In this document: positions 18,714 to 28,914 of the stretch, one piece after another
Numbering within the stretch: the first letter of the stretch is position 1
Layout of the letters: every line of letters begins with the position of its first letter
Source of the DNA: Spirochaetia bacterium
GTDB taxonomy: Bacteria > Spirochaetota > Spirochaetia > SZUA-6 > Bin103
DNA: 64,000 bases
Assembly (NCBI GenBank): GCA_965203905.1
Contig: CBDBDQ010000005.1
Coordinates: 352,001 to 416,000, forward strand
Direction: 5' to 3'
Made by a program: the position numbers and the translations under genes
Notes under the pieces: model-generated
Databases searched by the model: none
Told to the model about the DNA's origin: nothing
The model's input: only the letters and a program-made list of their open reading frames with translations

Positions 18714-20456
18714 TCAGCCGGCGCCCACGGTCACCGACAGCTCGGGTGCCCGCTTCCGCTTGGCGAGGAACTGCGCCCGGCGCCGTTCCCGCTGCTCGAC
18801 GATGCGCTGCTCGCTGAGCGGCTCGTGCGGGAACCAGCGCTGGCCGCGCAGGTAGGGCACCAGCGCCGCGAACGCCTCCGGCGTGCCGGTGCGGTAGAGC
18901 TGCTCCGCGGCGTAGGCGCCGACGTAGCCGTCGTCATCGGCCAGGGCCGCGGCCAGGGCCGGAATCGCGGCCGCGCTGCTCGGCCCGATCCGGAACAGCG
19001 CCTGCAGCACGTACTGGCGCAGCTCGCTCTCCGGTTCCCGCTGAAGCCGCTCGACCAGGGCCTCCTCGACGCCGTCGGCGGGCGTCGCGATGATGCCGAT
19101 CGCCGACAACGCGTGACGGCGCAGGTTGGGCGACCCGTCGCCCGCTGCCGCAAGCAGCTGCCGCAGCGCGCCGGCCGCCGGGCGCCCGATCTCGCCGAGG
19201 GCGTAGGCCGCCCAGCAGCGGGTGTGCTCGCCGTCGGCCGCGAGCCGCTCGGCCAGCGGCGTCACCGCGGAACCGCCCGCGGCGCCGAGGGCGTGGGCGG
19301 CGATCGAGACGTGCGTAACCGGGTCGAACTCGAAGAACGCGGCGTCGGTGTTCAGCAGCTCCAGCAACGGTGCCTGCGCCGGCGTGCCGATGGCGCCGAG
19401 CGCGTACGCGGCGTTGAGCCGCACCGGCTCGTACTCGTCGCGCAACGCCCGCACCAGCGCCGCAACCGTGCCCTCGGTATCCGCCGCGGCGCTGCGCAGG
19501 AATCCCAGCTCGTTGACCGCCTGCAGCCGCTGTGCCGGCTCGGGCGCCTCCAGCAGGCCGACCAACTCGGCGGCGCCGCGGCGCTGAAGGCGTGCTCCAG
19601 CGGCGCGCTGGAAGCGATCGCCGGCTCCCCGCATCCAGTTCCAGATGTAGGTCCACAGTATCTCGTGATCGGGAATCGCCGCGACGTCGGGCTGCTCCCA
19701 CTCCTCTACCTGGTTGTCCCAGGTTGGACCTCGTTCCGGCTCCGGCTCCTCGGTGCGCATGAACACGAACTTCTGTCCGTAGCGGTGCTGCTGCGCCAGG
19801 TTCTCGATCACCGAGTGGCCGACGTCGAAGTGCATGATCGCCACCGCGCCAAGGCCGCAGGCGAGCGGCAGCATGGTGCGGTGGATGTAGTGGTCGGGGA
19901 GCCCGTAGGTACCGTCGCCGCGCGGGTTCAGCGCCAGCAGCGGATCGCTGTCGCCACGGCGTGCGAGATTGTGCTGATAGTGGGAGCGCGGCACGATCAC
20001 CGTCGGTCCCTGCTCGTCGGGACACTCCTGCGGGTAGTAGAACAGGATCGCCCAGCGCGGTACCCGGTGGCGCGGCTTCTGGCCGCCGGCGTGCCCATCC
20101 TTGTGGATCCCCATGACCAGCTGGCGCCCGGCAGCGACGGAGGCTTCGGGCCGCACGAAGTTGGGATGACAGTGCCGATGCGGCAGCATGACGTAGTTCC
20201 GGCCCAGCAGGCTGGTCAATGCGCCGCGCACCTGCGGCGCATCCATGATCTGTTGCAGCTCCGGCACCACCGGCAGCACGTTGTTGAGCGGATTGTACGC
20301 CCACTCCACTTCCGGGCTGCGGATCTTGGAGAAGATGGCGTCGGTCTTGTCGAAAATGGTGCGGTGCACCGTCTCGGGGAGATCGGTCTGTACCTGCACG
20401 AAACCGTCGACGATGAACTGACGGATCGCGGCGTCGGACAACAGATGGCTATTCAT
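18714..20456 (-). CDS. PhyH-family Fe/2OG dioxygenase fused to HEAT/PBS-lyase repeats
   Basis: HKD iron motif, YYPQ, distal HFDVGH; C-terminal VRLNAAYALGAIG and WAAYALGEIG repeats. Confidence 0.8.
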   Translation of the reverse strand: MNSHLLSDAAIRQFIVDGFVQVQTDLPETVHRTIFDKTDAIFSKIRSPEVEWAYNPLNNVLPVVPELQQIMDAPQVRGALTSLLGRNYVMLPHRHCHPNFVRPEASVAAGRQLVMGIHKDGHAGGQKPRHRVPRWAILFYYPQECPDEQGPTVIVPRSHYQHNLARRGDSDPLLALNPRGDGTYGLPDHYIHRTMLPLACGLGAVAIMHFDVGHSVIENLAQQHRYGQKFVFMRTEEPEPERGPTWDNQVEEWEQPDVAAIPDHEILWTYIWNWMRGAGDRFQRAAGARLQRRGAAELVGLLEAPEPAQRLQAVNELGFLRSAAADTEGTVAALVRALRDEYEPVRLNAAYALGAIGTPAQAPLLELLNTDAAFFEFDPVTHVSIAAHALGAAGGSAVTPLAERLAADGEHTRCWAAYALGEIGRPAAGALRQLLAAAGDGSPNLRRHALSAIGIIATPADGVEEALVERLQREPESELRQYVLQALFRIGPSSAAAIPALAAALADDDGYVGAYAAEQLYRTGTPEAFAALVPYLRGQRWFPHEPLSEQRIVEQRERRRAQFLAKRKRAPELSVTVGAG

Positions 20457-20555
20457 CGCCCGCTCAGGATACGCAGATTCGCGGTCTCTCGCCCACCGCG
20501 ACGAGCTGCCGCCCGGCCCGAGCGAAACCACGTCCATCCGCGGTGGGGGCGCGCG

Positions 20556-21293
20556 TCAGAGTGGACGGCGGGCGAGGCTGAAGCTCTGGGCGGTTGGCCC
20601 GGTGTCGGGCTGGGTGGCCAGGAACAGTGCCAGAGGGGCCACGTCCGCCGGCTCCTTGACCACTTCGCTGGGCGCGAAGGGCGGCGGGCCGCCTACCTGC
20701 ATGCGGCTGTTGGTGAGACGGGTCGCGACCGGACCGGGAACGATCTCGTTCACCGCGATATTGTGCTGCCACACCTCTTCCGCGAGGCAACGCGTAAACA
20801 TCCACATGCCCGCCTTGCCGACGTGGTAGGCGGAAGCGCTCGCGGTGGGCCGATGCCCCATGCCCGATCCCACGTTGATCACCCGGCCGCCGCCCGACTC
20901 GATCATCAACGGCAGCAGCGCACGCGACACCAGGTAGGCGCTGATGCAGTTGACCGTGACATCCTCGACCCACAGGTCGGGATCGCTCTCCAGGATGCTG
21001 CTGCGCTCCAGGCCGCCGCCCGCGTTGTTGACCAGCACATCGAGGCGGCCGAACTCCCGCCGCACGGTGGCCGCCAGTTCCGCCACCTGGTCGCGCCGGA
21101 TGACGTCGGTGGGGACGCAGAGGGCCTTGCAGCCGAGGCCACGGATCTCGTCGGCGACCGCATTCAGTTCCGCGGCGTTGCGGGCGGCAAGCACCAGGTC
21201 CGCCCCCTCGCGCGCAAGGGCGAGGGCGATCGCGCGACCGATTCCGCGGCCGCTGCCGGTAACGAGGGCGACTTTCTCGGACAGAGATGGCAT
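20556..21293 (-). CDS. SDR family NAD(P)-dependent oxidoreductase
   Basis: TGSGRGIG, NNAG, YHVGK. Confidence 0.9.
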   Translation of the reverse strand: MPSLSEKVALVTGSGRGIGRAIALALAREGADLVLAARNAAELNAVADEIRGLGCKALCVPTDVIRRDQVAELAATVRREFGRLDVLVNNAGGGLERSSILESDPDLWVEDVTVNCISAYLVSRALLPLMIESGGGRVINVGSGMGHRPTASASAYHVGKAGMWMFTRCLAEEVWQHNIAVNEIVPGPVATRLTNSRMQVGGPPPFAPSEVVKEPADVAPLALFLATQPDTGPTAQSFSLARRPL

Positions 21294-21425
21294 CAGGCGG
21301 TTCCTCGTGCAGTGTCGGTCGATCCATCCGGCGTGGTCAATCGTGTCTTCCCGCTCGCCAGCGCATGGAACGAGCGCAGCGTCACCGGGTAGACTGCCAA
21401 AGCAAGAGGTAGCGGAGAGACCCCA

Positions 21426-21935
21426 ATGAGCAGCGATGTAGGGCAGGCGTTCGTAGCGAGTTCCATAAAGCAGCTTGATCATGCTCGGAGTAAGATCAAC
21501 CACTGTTTCGATCAGCTCGCAACCGAGGATGTCTGGTGGGTGCCGCGGAGTGGCTGCAACTCGATCGGCGTCATCATCCAGCACCTGGTGGGCAATCTCC
21601 GCCAGTGGGCGGTATCGGGTATCGGCGGCGAAGCCGATGTCAGGGACCGCCCCAGCGAGTTCCGCGTGGTGAATGCGAGCCCGAAAGACGAACTGCAGAC
21701 GGAGTTCAACCGGCTGCTCGACCAGGTCGCGGAAGTCTACTCCAGTGTGGACGCCACTGAGCTGCTCGCCGCGAGACGAATTCAGGGCTTCGACACCAGC
21801 GTCCTCGCCGCGACCTACGACACGATGTGCCACCTGGAGTTGCACACGGGCCAGGTGCTCTACCTCGCCCGGTTGCGCCTCGGCGAGACCTATCGCGAAT
21901 CCTGGAGTCCCGCCAACAAGGAACAGGGCGCGTAG
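21426..21935 (+). CDS. DinB/DUF1572 family protein
   Basis: NSIGVIIQHLVGNLRQW, RDRPSEF, HLELHTGQ. Confidence 0.8.
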   Translation: MSSDVGQAFVASSIKQLDHARSKINHCFDQLATEDVWWVPRSGCNSIGVIIQHLVGNLRQWAVSGIGGEADVRDRPSEFRVVNASPKDELQTEFNRLLDQVAEVYSSVDATELLAARRIQGFDTSVLAATYDTMCHLELHTGQVLYLARLRLGETYRESWSPANKEQGA

Positions 21936-21945
21936 CGCGGGGCCG

Positions 21946-22725
21946 CTACGACCGGTCGCGCTCCTCCCGGTCGCGGTAGTGGACCCGCCGCGACCCATCG
22001 AAGGAGATGCGCGGCCAGTCGCGGTCCCAATTCTCGGAGTGATATGGGATGTAGTGGCACGCCAGCGCGTGCCGGGGAGTGCCGGGGCGCCGCAGCGGCG
22101 CGCCGCCGTGGATCAGGCGCCCATGGAACAGCACGACGTCGCCCTGCTGCACCAGCACCAGCACCTGGTCGCGTCCGTTGTCATGGAACACCTCTCGCAC
22201 CAGCGGGAAATAACGGCGATGCTGCTGGTCCATGTAAGTCTCACCAGGCCGCAGCTCGTGGCTCGCGTCGCTCTTGGTGACGAGTCTCCCCCGGTGCGAA
22301 CCCGGCTGCACCACCAGGGGCCCGTTGTGCTTGTCCACATCGACCATGGCGATCCACGCCGACATGCAGTCCGGGAGGTAGTACTGGTCCTGGTGCAGGG
22401 GATGCTCCGAGCCCTCGTAGAAGTGCATCGTCTGGATCGCCTCCGGCTCGTCCTCGAAGCAATCGGCGAGCGGCCGGTGCAGGCGGGCGTCGATCAGGAA
22501 CTGCAGCGCGAACGGATCGTAGAGATGCTGATTGAACGTGCGCTGGCCGTAGTTCTCCTGCTGGCCGAACCCGTGGAGCTGCTTCCTGCCGGCGCTCAGA
22601 TCGTCCACGTGGCGGACGAACCGCCGGCATTCCTCGGCAGCGAACACGGATTCGAGCACGACATAGCCGTCCTGCCGATAGCGATCCTTCTGCTCGGCCG
22701 TCAGACCGTTATGCGAAGTTGCCAC
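21946..22725 (-). CDS. Phytanoyl-CoA dioxygenase (PhyH) family protein
   Basis: LHQD, NGPLVVQPGSH, GDVVLFHGRLIHGG. Confidence 0.88.
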   Translation of the reverse strand: MATSHNGLTAEQKDRYRQDGYVVLESVFAAEECRRFVRHVDDLSAGRKQLHGFGQQENYGQRTFNQHLYDPFALQFLIDARLHRPLADCFEDEPEAIQTMHFYEGSEHPLHQDQYYLPDCMSAWIAMVDVDKHNGPLVVQPGSHRGRLVTKSDASHELRPGETYMDQQHRRYFPLVREVFHDNGRDQVLVLVQQGDVVLFHGRLIHGGAPLRRPGTPRHALACHYIPYHSENWDRDWPRISFDGSRRVHYRDREERDRS

Positions 22726-22745
22726 GGTCAGATACCATAGCCACG

Positions 22746-23129
22746 GTGTCTGGCACGACACAACCGAAACGGCAGGTAATCTGGCTGAACGGAGCCTTCG
22801 GCGTCGGCAAGACGACGGTGGCGCGGAAGCTGGCGGCGGTTCTGCCCGACGCCATGACGCTGGATCCCGAAGAGATCGGCGGGATGCTGTGCAAGGTGAT
22901 CCCCGCGGCGCAACGCAGCGCGGACTTCCAGGACCTGCGCGCCTGGCGCCGCCTCACCGTAGCCACCATCGAAGGCGTGCTGCAGGATCATCCGGGTCTG
23001 CTCCTGGTGCCGATGACGGTTGCGGACTCGACATACTTCCAGGCACCTCGGTTCGCAACTCACCTGGTCACCGACAACCGGTCCGCGCCCGAGGTGGCCG
23101 CAGCGGTACGCCGGCTGGCATCGATCTGA
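22746..23129 (+). pseudogene. TmrB/AAA_33-like P-loop kinase with in-frame internal deletion
   Basis: VIWLNGAFGVGKTT, DPEEIG, DFQD, VPMT; jumps from YFQ to the family C-terminus FATHLVTD. Confidence 0.6.
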
Positions 23130-23170
23130 GAGCCGTTGCAGCGGCAGCGGAAACCGGCTAAGGAAGGAGC

Positions 23171-24640
23171 ATGCAGGAGTCAGCTTACGCGTCGAGCGGC
23201 CGCACCGAACGGCCGGATCAACCCAACATCCTGCTGTTCATCAGCGACCAGCAGCGCACCGACACCATGGAGAGTTACGGCAACTCCTGGATCCGCTCCC
23301 CGCAACAGGACGCCCTGGCCGCGCGCAGCTTCCTGTTCGAGAACGCGTACGTCACGCAGCCGGTGTGTACCCCGGCACGCGGCTCCCTGATCACCGGCCT
23401 CTACCCGCATACCCATGGCTGCCTGGTCAACCGCGTGAAGCTGGCCGAACGGTTCGCGGCGCTGGCCGAGATGCTGCCGGACAACTACCGCACGGCCCAC
23501 TTCGGCAAATGGCACCTGGGTGACGACTCTATGTGTCAGCACGGCTTCGACGAGTGGGTGAGCAGCGAGGACGACCACCGCGACCGCTATACCCGGCCCG
23601 GACTGCCGTTCAGCAGCTACTACTACTGGATGCGCGAGCAGGGCATCGAGCCGGAGGATCGCGGCGCCACCGGGGAGCTGATTTTCTCACCAGACCAGCG
23701 CTCGAAGCTGGGCCCGGAGCACCAGATGGCCGCCTACGTGGCCGGCCACGCGGAGCGGTTCATCCGCGCCAACTCCGACCGCCCCTGGCTGCTGGTGTTC
23801 AGCACCTTCGAGCCGCATCCGCCGATGCACGGTCCCTACAACGGCCTGTACGACGCCCGGGCGATCCCGAGCCGGCCAACGTTCCAGGCGTTTCCCGAGG
23901 GACACTCGCTGTTCAACCGCTCGCGCGCCGCCCACCACCCCAACCCGCGAGTGCCGGGCGAATCGTGGCGCGACGACGCACACCTGCTGGAGCAGCGCGC
24001 CAACTACTACGGCAACGTGAAGATTATCGACGACGCGGTGGGGCGCATGGTGCGGGTGCTGGAGGAAAGCGGCCAGATGGAACGCACCATCTTCGCCTTC
24101 ACCAGCGACCACGGCGAGATGCTCGGCGACCACGGAATAATGGGAAAACGTGCGTTTTACGACGAGTCGGCGCGGGTACCGTTGCTGCTGTCCGTGCCGT
24201 GGCTCACGCGCACCCAGCGCCGCATCGAGGGCGTATTCGGCCATGCCGACCTGGTGCCGACGCTGCTCGATCTGGCCGGCATGGCGCTTCCCGACGCCCT
24301 GCAGGGCCACAGCCTGGCCGGAGCGCTCAGCGGCGATTTCGACCTGCGCCGGCACGCCGCGTTCATGGAGTGGAACGGCATCGGCGACCGCGACCTGGGC
24401 AACCCGGTCACCAACCTGATGGCCACCTTGCCGTGGCGCAGCGTCGTCACCGGAGACGGCTGGAAGCTGAACCTGTGCGCCGGCGACCAGTCGGAGCTGT
24501 TCGACCTGAACGACGACCCCTTCGAGCAGACCAACCTCATCGCCGACCCGGTGCAGCGCGACCGGGTCCGCGAGCTGGCGGCCCGCATCCGCCTGTGGCA
24601 GTTCGAGACCGATGACGACGCTGCACTCCCCGCCGTCTGA
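23171..24640 (+). CDS. Sulfatase (formylglycine type)
   Basis: PNILLFISDQQR, CTPARGSLITG, GKWHLG, TSDHGEMLG. Confidence 0.93.
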   Translation: MQESAYASSGRTERPDQPNILLFISDQQRTDTMESYGNSWIRSPQQDALAARSFLFENAYVTQPVCTPARGSLITGLYPHTHGCLVNRVKLAERFAALAEMLPDNYRTAHFGKWHLGDDSMCQHGFDEWVSSEDDHRDRYTRPGLPFSSYYYWMREQGIEPEDRGATGELIFSPDQRSKLGPEHQMAAYVAGHAERFIRANSDRPWLLVFSTFEPHPPMHGPYNGLYDARAIPSRPTFQAFPEGHSLFNRSRAAHHPNPRVPGESWRDDAHLLEQRANYYGNVKIIDDAVGRMVRVLEESGQMERTIFAFTSDHGEMLGDHGIMGKRAFYDESARVPLLLSVPWLTRTQRRIEGVFGHADLVPTLLDLAGMALPDALQGHSLAGALSGDFDLRRHAAFMEWNGIGDRDLGNPVTNLMATLPWRSVVTGDGWKLNLCAGDQSELFDLNDDPFEQTNLIADPVQRDRVRELAARIRLWQFETDDDAALPAV

Positions 24641-24651
24641 ATTTCGCCTCG

Positions 24652-25063
24652 TTAGTTGCGGTGCGAGTCACCCCAGCTGTGCGCTGTCACCACCTGCTCC
24701 AGATCCGCGGCCAATCTCTGGAACGCAGGCAACCGATACAGCGGACTGAAGTCATGGATCAAGTCGGCAACGCGAAATCCCTGCAAGCGACGGTTGAAGC
24801 TGGCAAGGCGGCGGCCACGGAGACCACTTGCCCGGCGTAAAAGCTCGTGAAGGAGTTGTTTTGGATCTGGCAACTGCTCGAGCCGATGCTCGTGACAATG
24901 CGTTCGGCAAGTGCTTTCGGTGGATTCTCAGACGCCGCAGATCAGCGAATCCTGGCTGGATGGGGAGGGAGACGGAGCACCTCCGCAACAGCCACGTGAG
25001 AATCGGTATCAAGGCGCGATCGGACGCGCCGTCTGCCACCAGTGTGTAACTGAGTCTCTGCAA
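24652..25063 (-). pseudogene. DUF4276/TOPRIM-like partner of the ABC ATPase, frameshifted and internally deleted
   Basis: N-terminus YTLVADGASDRALIPILTWLL and C-terminus RLEQLPDPKQLLHELL...DFSPLYRLPAF lie in different frames; core missing. Confidence 0.6.
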
Positions 25064-25075
25064 ATGGATGCCGGG

Positions 25076-26584
25076 CTACTGAGGAAAGGGCAGCAGTCGT
25101 TGCATATCATCCCGATCCACTACTCGCTTCTTGACGGCCGACCGCGGCTGCTCCTCGGGAAGCACTGGGCTCAGGTAGGGAAGGAGGTCGCCGCGGATCG
25201 CGTTCTCACTGACTTCCGCACGCCACGTGTCTGACAAACAGAGAAACTGCGCTTTCTTGAAACAATTTCCAGTTTGGTCCACAGCCTCGGTGGCCTTGAC
25301 GAATACGACGCTGTCATCCGGAACTTGCTGGAATACCACTGGTGAGTGGGTATTGACGATTACCTGACGCAGCGGATTATCATCCCCGACCGGTAGTTGA
25401 GTATCAACCGCGATATCCATGAGCAGTTTGAGGATGGCTGGAATCCGCTCCGGATGAATGCCATTTTCGGGTTCTTCCAGACAGAGAACGCCTTGCATCT
25501 TGGGATCACTCTCCAGTACGGACAATGCAAGAAACCTCAACGTACCATCCGACAGAGCCCGGGCGGGGTGAGGAGTGCCATCTCTATCGTTGACGAACAA
25601 CGTCATCAACTCTCGCTTTTCGTCAAGATCGATGTGGATGCCGTGGACGTCGTCGATGAGTTCGCCGAGACGGTTGGTGATCTGACTGTATACTTTTGCG
25701 TCTCCGTTCGGAGCAGAGGAATGGAAGCTCGTACCAGGGACGTCAGCGGCCTCATCGTACCCGTATTGTTCCGCATTTCGTGCCAAGCGATACAGTGTAG
25801 CTGCCAGATGCCGTCCATCAGTTCCCAGGTGCGTTGGAGCAACAAATTCATCCGGCTGTCTCATGGCGGTAGGCTCCAGTTGCACGAGTTTCCATGCTTC
25901 CATCTCGCGCCGCGCGGTCAACACGGTGGGACTCTCCGCCGCATTCGCCACCGAGAGTACGGTACGCGGCAGATTGCCGGCCCGCCGGCGCAAGGGACGT
26001 CCACTACTGCCGCCATCCTGATGCAGCTTTATGACCCTACTCTCACCTTCCCCTTCGGTTGAGATGAAATAACGCGCACGCCTTTGTCCCTGCACTACCG
26101 ACTTGCGCCAGTCTTTGGCACTATGGGGAAACCGAAGGTGACGTGGTGCGTCACGCTGTGCGACATGGACCAACTCTTCCTTGACAATCTCCAACGCGCC
26201 CGGGGCCAAGGTGTCATGGGACTCTCGGTAGGCGAGTTCCAAAGAATAGCGCAGAAACGTGATGCTCGCTTTGGCCTCCTGTCCGAGATCATCGATCGCG
26301 TCCCCCGGCACGATCATCTCCGCAACAAACCTCATGTTGTCGGCATAGTGATTGCCTACGTGATGGAACAGGTCCCGTATCTGGGCAGCCCGGCTGTGCT
26401 GGTCGCGGACCGAGGTGGCCGCTTCCAGAAGTGTGTGGTTGGAAAGTGCACTAAGAAAGCGAACTGCATCGAAGAGGTTGGACTTGCCCGCACCATTGGG
26501 CCCAACTACACAAGTAAACGCGCCAAGGTGTAGATCCACATCGACGGGATTCTTGAAGCCTGATACATAGAGCCGTGTCAACAT
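25076..26584 (-). CDS. ABC/AAA_21-type ATPase (defence-associated class)
   Basis: Walker A GPNGAGKS, signature LSDGT, Walker B LCLEEPENGIHP, H-loop NTHSP; AT-richer than its flanks. Confidence 0.88.
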   Translation of the reverse strand: MLTRLYVSGFKNPVDVDLHLGAFTCVVGPNGAGKSNLFDAVRFLSALSNHTLLEAATSVRDQHSRAAQIRDLFHHVGNHYADNMRFVAEMIVPGDAIDDLGQEAKASITFLRYSLELAYRESHDTLAPGALEIVKEELVHVAQRDAPRHLRFPHSAKDWRKSVVQGQRRARYFISTEGEGESRVIKLHQDGGSSGRPLRRRAGNLPRTVLSVANAAESPTVLTARREMEAWKLVQLEPTAMRQPDEFVAPTHLGTDGRHLAATLYRLARNAEQYGYDEAADVPGTSFHSSAPNGDAKVYSQITNRLGELIDDVHGIHIDLDEKRELMTLFVNDRDGTPHPARALSDGTLRFLALSVLESDPKMQGVLCLEEPENGIHPERIPAILKLLMDIAVDTQLPVGDDNPLRQVIVNTHSPVVFQQVPDDSVVFVKATEAVDQTGNCFKKAQFLCLSDTWRAEVSENAIRGDLLPYLSPVLPEEQPRSAVKKRVVDRDDMQRLLPFPQ

Positions 26585-26782
26585 ATCATGTCACTCATCT
26601 TGGCCACCGTCATGGGGTAACCATCCTTCGTCGGTGCGACAGTGTCGTCCGACACCTTGACGGAGTCAAGGCAGCGATCCCAAACAGGCCGAAGCCGCAC
26701 GGCAACCGCACGGCAACGAAGGACTTGATCCACTGCCGGGTAGTGCGCGACACTACGCGGCCATTACGGTCGGGAGAATGCC

Positions 26783-27778
26783 ATGAGTAAGCGAGAGCCG
26801 CAGCCCACGCCCGCGGGGCGCTGGGTGTCCTACCGCCCGGAGATCAAGGTGCTGGACTGCACCATCCGGGACGGCGGCCTGATGAACGATCACCAGTTCA
26901 CCGACGAGACCGTACGCGCGGTCTACGATGCCTGCGTCGCCGGCGGCGTCGACTACATGGAAATCGGCTACATCAACTCCCGCGTGCAGTTTCCCCCCGG
27001 CGAGAATGGCCCCTGGAAACACTGCCAGGAGGAGGATGTCCGCCGCATCGTGGGGGACAACGACACGCCTCTGAAGCTGTCCGCCATGGCCGACGCCGAG
27101 AAGAGCGACTACAAGGAGGACGTCCTGCCCAATTCGGAGAGCGTGCTGGACATGATCCGCGTCGCCACCTACATCCACCAGATTCCCCTGGCCCTGGACA
27201 TGATCAAGGACGCCCACGACAAGGGCTACGAGACCTCGCTCAACCTGATGGCCCTCTCCACGGTGCCCGAGCGCGAGCTGAACGAGGCGCTGCACCTGGT
27301 CGCCCGGTCCGAGGTGGAGGTGATCTGCATCGTCGACAGCTTCGGCGCGCTCTACGGCGAACAGATCGACGACTACATGGACAAGTTCCTCAGCTACGCC
27401 ACGGCGGCCGGCAAGGAGGTGGGGATGCACGCCCACAACAACCGGCAACTGGCCTTCGCCAACACCATCCAGGCCACCATCCGGGGGGCCAACCGGCTCG
27501 ACGCCAGCATGGCGGGGCTGGGGCGCGGCGCCGGCAACTGCCCCATGGAGCTGCTGCTGAGCTTCCTGCACAACCCCAAGTTCCGGCTGCGGCCGGTGCT
27601 GCACTGCGTCCAGCATGCCATCGAACCGCTGCGCGAGGACCTGAAGTGGGGTTACGACTACCCCTACATGATCACCGGTGTGCTCAACCAGCATCCCCGC
27701 GCCGGGATGAGGTTCAACGACTCGGAGCACCGCGGCGACATCATACGCTTCTACGATTCCCTCGAGGAAGAGAACTGA
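26783..27778 (+). CDS. DRE-TIM metallolyase, 4-hydroxy-2-oxovalerate aldolase-like
   Basis: LDCTIRDGG, GMHAHNN, GLGRGAGNCPME. Confidence 0.85.
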   Translation: MSKREPQPTPAGRWVSYRPEIKVLDCTIRDGGLMNDHQFTDETVRAVYDACVAGGVDYMEIGYINSRVQFPPGENGPWKHCQEEDVRRIVGDNDTPLKLSAMADAEKSDYKEDVLPNSESVLDMIRVATYIHQIPLALDMIKDAHDKGYETSLNLMALSTVPERELNEALHLVARSEVEVICIVDSFGALYGEQIDDYMDKFLSYATAAGKEVGMHAHNNRQLAFANTIQATIRGANRLDASMAGLGRGAGNCPMELLLSFLHNPKFRLRPVLHCVQHAIEPLREDLKWGYDYPYMITGVLNQHPRAGMRFNDSEHRGDIIRFYDSLEEEN

Positions 27779-27808
27779 CCGGGCCGGCGCAATTCGACCC
27801 GGGACCGC

Positions 27809-28914
27809 TCAACTGACCACCGGCACGCCGTCCGCCCGGCGCCGGTGCGGGGTATTGTGGTTGCCGGCCAGGAGGTCGGCCGCCGTCCGCCCAGCTTGCC
27901 ATGGCGGATCACGCCGTAGCGGATCCGTCCTTCGTCGGCGAAGGGACGCACCTCGGGCAGGTCGATCCAGATCCGCAGCAGCAGCCGCTTGCGCGACTCC
28001 TCGGCTACCGGCTCGTGGCTGGCGCGGCCGTGGAACACGGTGTAGTTGTTGCACCACACGATGTCGCCCGGGTGCAGCGGAAAGGCGAAGCTGTGGGCCG
28101 CGGCCGTGGCCTGGATGAAGTCGAAGATCTCCTGCTCCTCCTCCGTGAGGGGGACATCGGAGCGCTCACGCCCGCGCTTGATCCAACTGCTGTTGAAGCG
28201 GCAGCTCACCCTCCCCTGCGCCACGCTGAATGCCGGCACCAGGTACTCGGACACCGGGGCCTCGCCCCGCGCCTCCTCCTCGGCGCGGTTCCACACGAAT
28301 CCACGATACAGCCGCGGCAGCCACTCGGGGTGGTGGCGCAGCAGCTCGTTGTAGACCGTCATCGAGCTGGCGACGTGGCTGTGCGGGTCGTCAGGGGCCT
28401 GGCGCACGCAGTAGAGCCCAACGCAGTCCGCCAGGTCCACGTGCAGCTTGACCTTGCCCGGGTTGCCCACGCCGCGGGTACCCTGCTGCGGGCGCAGTTT
28501 GCCGTCGGTCACGTAATGCAGCAGGCCCGCCTCGCTGTTCTGGGTGACCCCGGTCCCGAGGTGCGTATTCAGCCCCCAGTACAGTTTTTCCAGGGCATCC
28601 AGCGCGTGACCGCCGGTGGGTACGCCGTGCAGGACCGCCATGCCGCGACCGTCCCGCAACTGGTGCTGGATAGCGCGCAGGGTGTCCTCCAGAGCCGGTA
28701 GCGGGAATCGCTCCCGGGTGATCTCGGGGAGTGTCAGCCCCTGTTGCTCGACACGCCGCAGTGCCGTCTCGACCTCGTCCTGCTGGCCCCGGCTCAAGCG
28801 AAACTCCCATGAGCGGTCGCGTTCCAGGTCGGCGCCGCTCCAGGCACTCGGCTCCGTGACCGGCTGTATCCAAGGAGTCGCGGCCGTGGCCGGGCCGGGC
28901 CGCGTGCCGCTCAC
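27809..28914 (-). CDS. TauD/TfdA family Fe/2OG dioxygenase, probable 1-bp frameshift near the C-terminus
   Basis: LHVD, NNYTVFHGR, RLLLRIW; a natural-looking tail TAADLLAGN...GVPVVS lies in the shifted frame after about 27890. Confidence 0.75.

Noticed and set aside
17220-21392. 1390-aa plus-strand ORF and other long antisense ORFs (e.g. 59100-61913, 56383-58317, 46112-47797)
   Set aside because: Shadow frames of well-supported opposite-strand genes in high-GC DNA; no recognisable motifs
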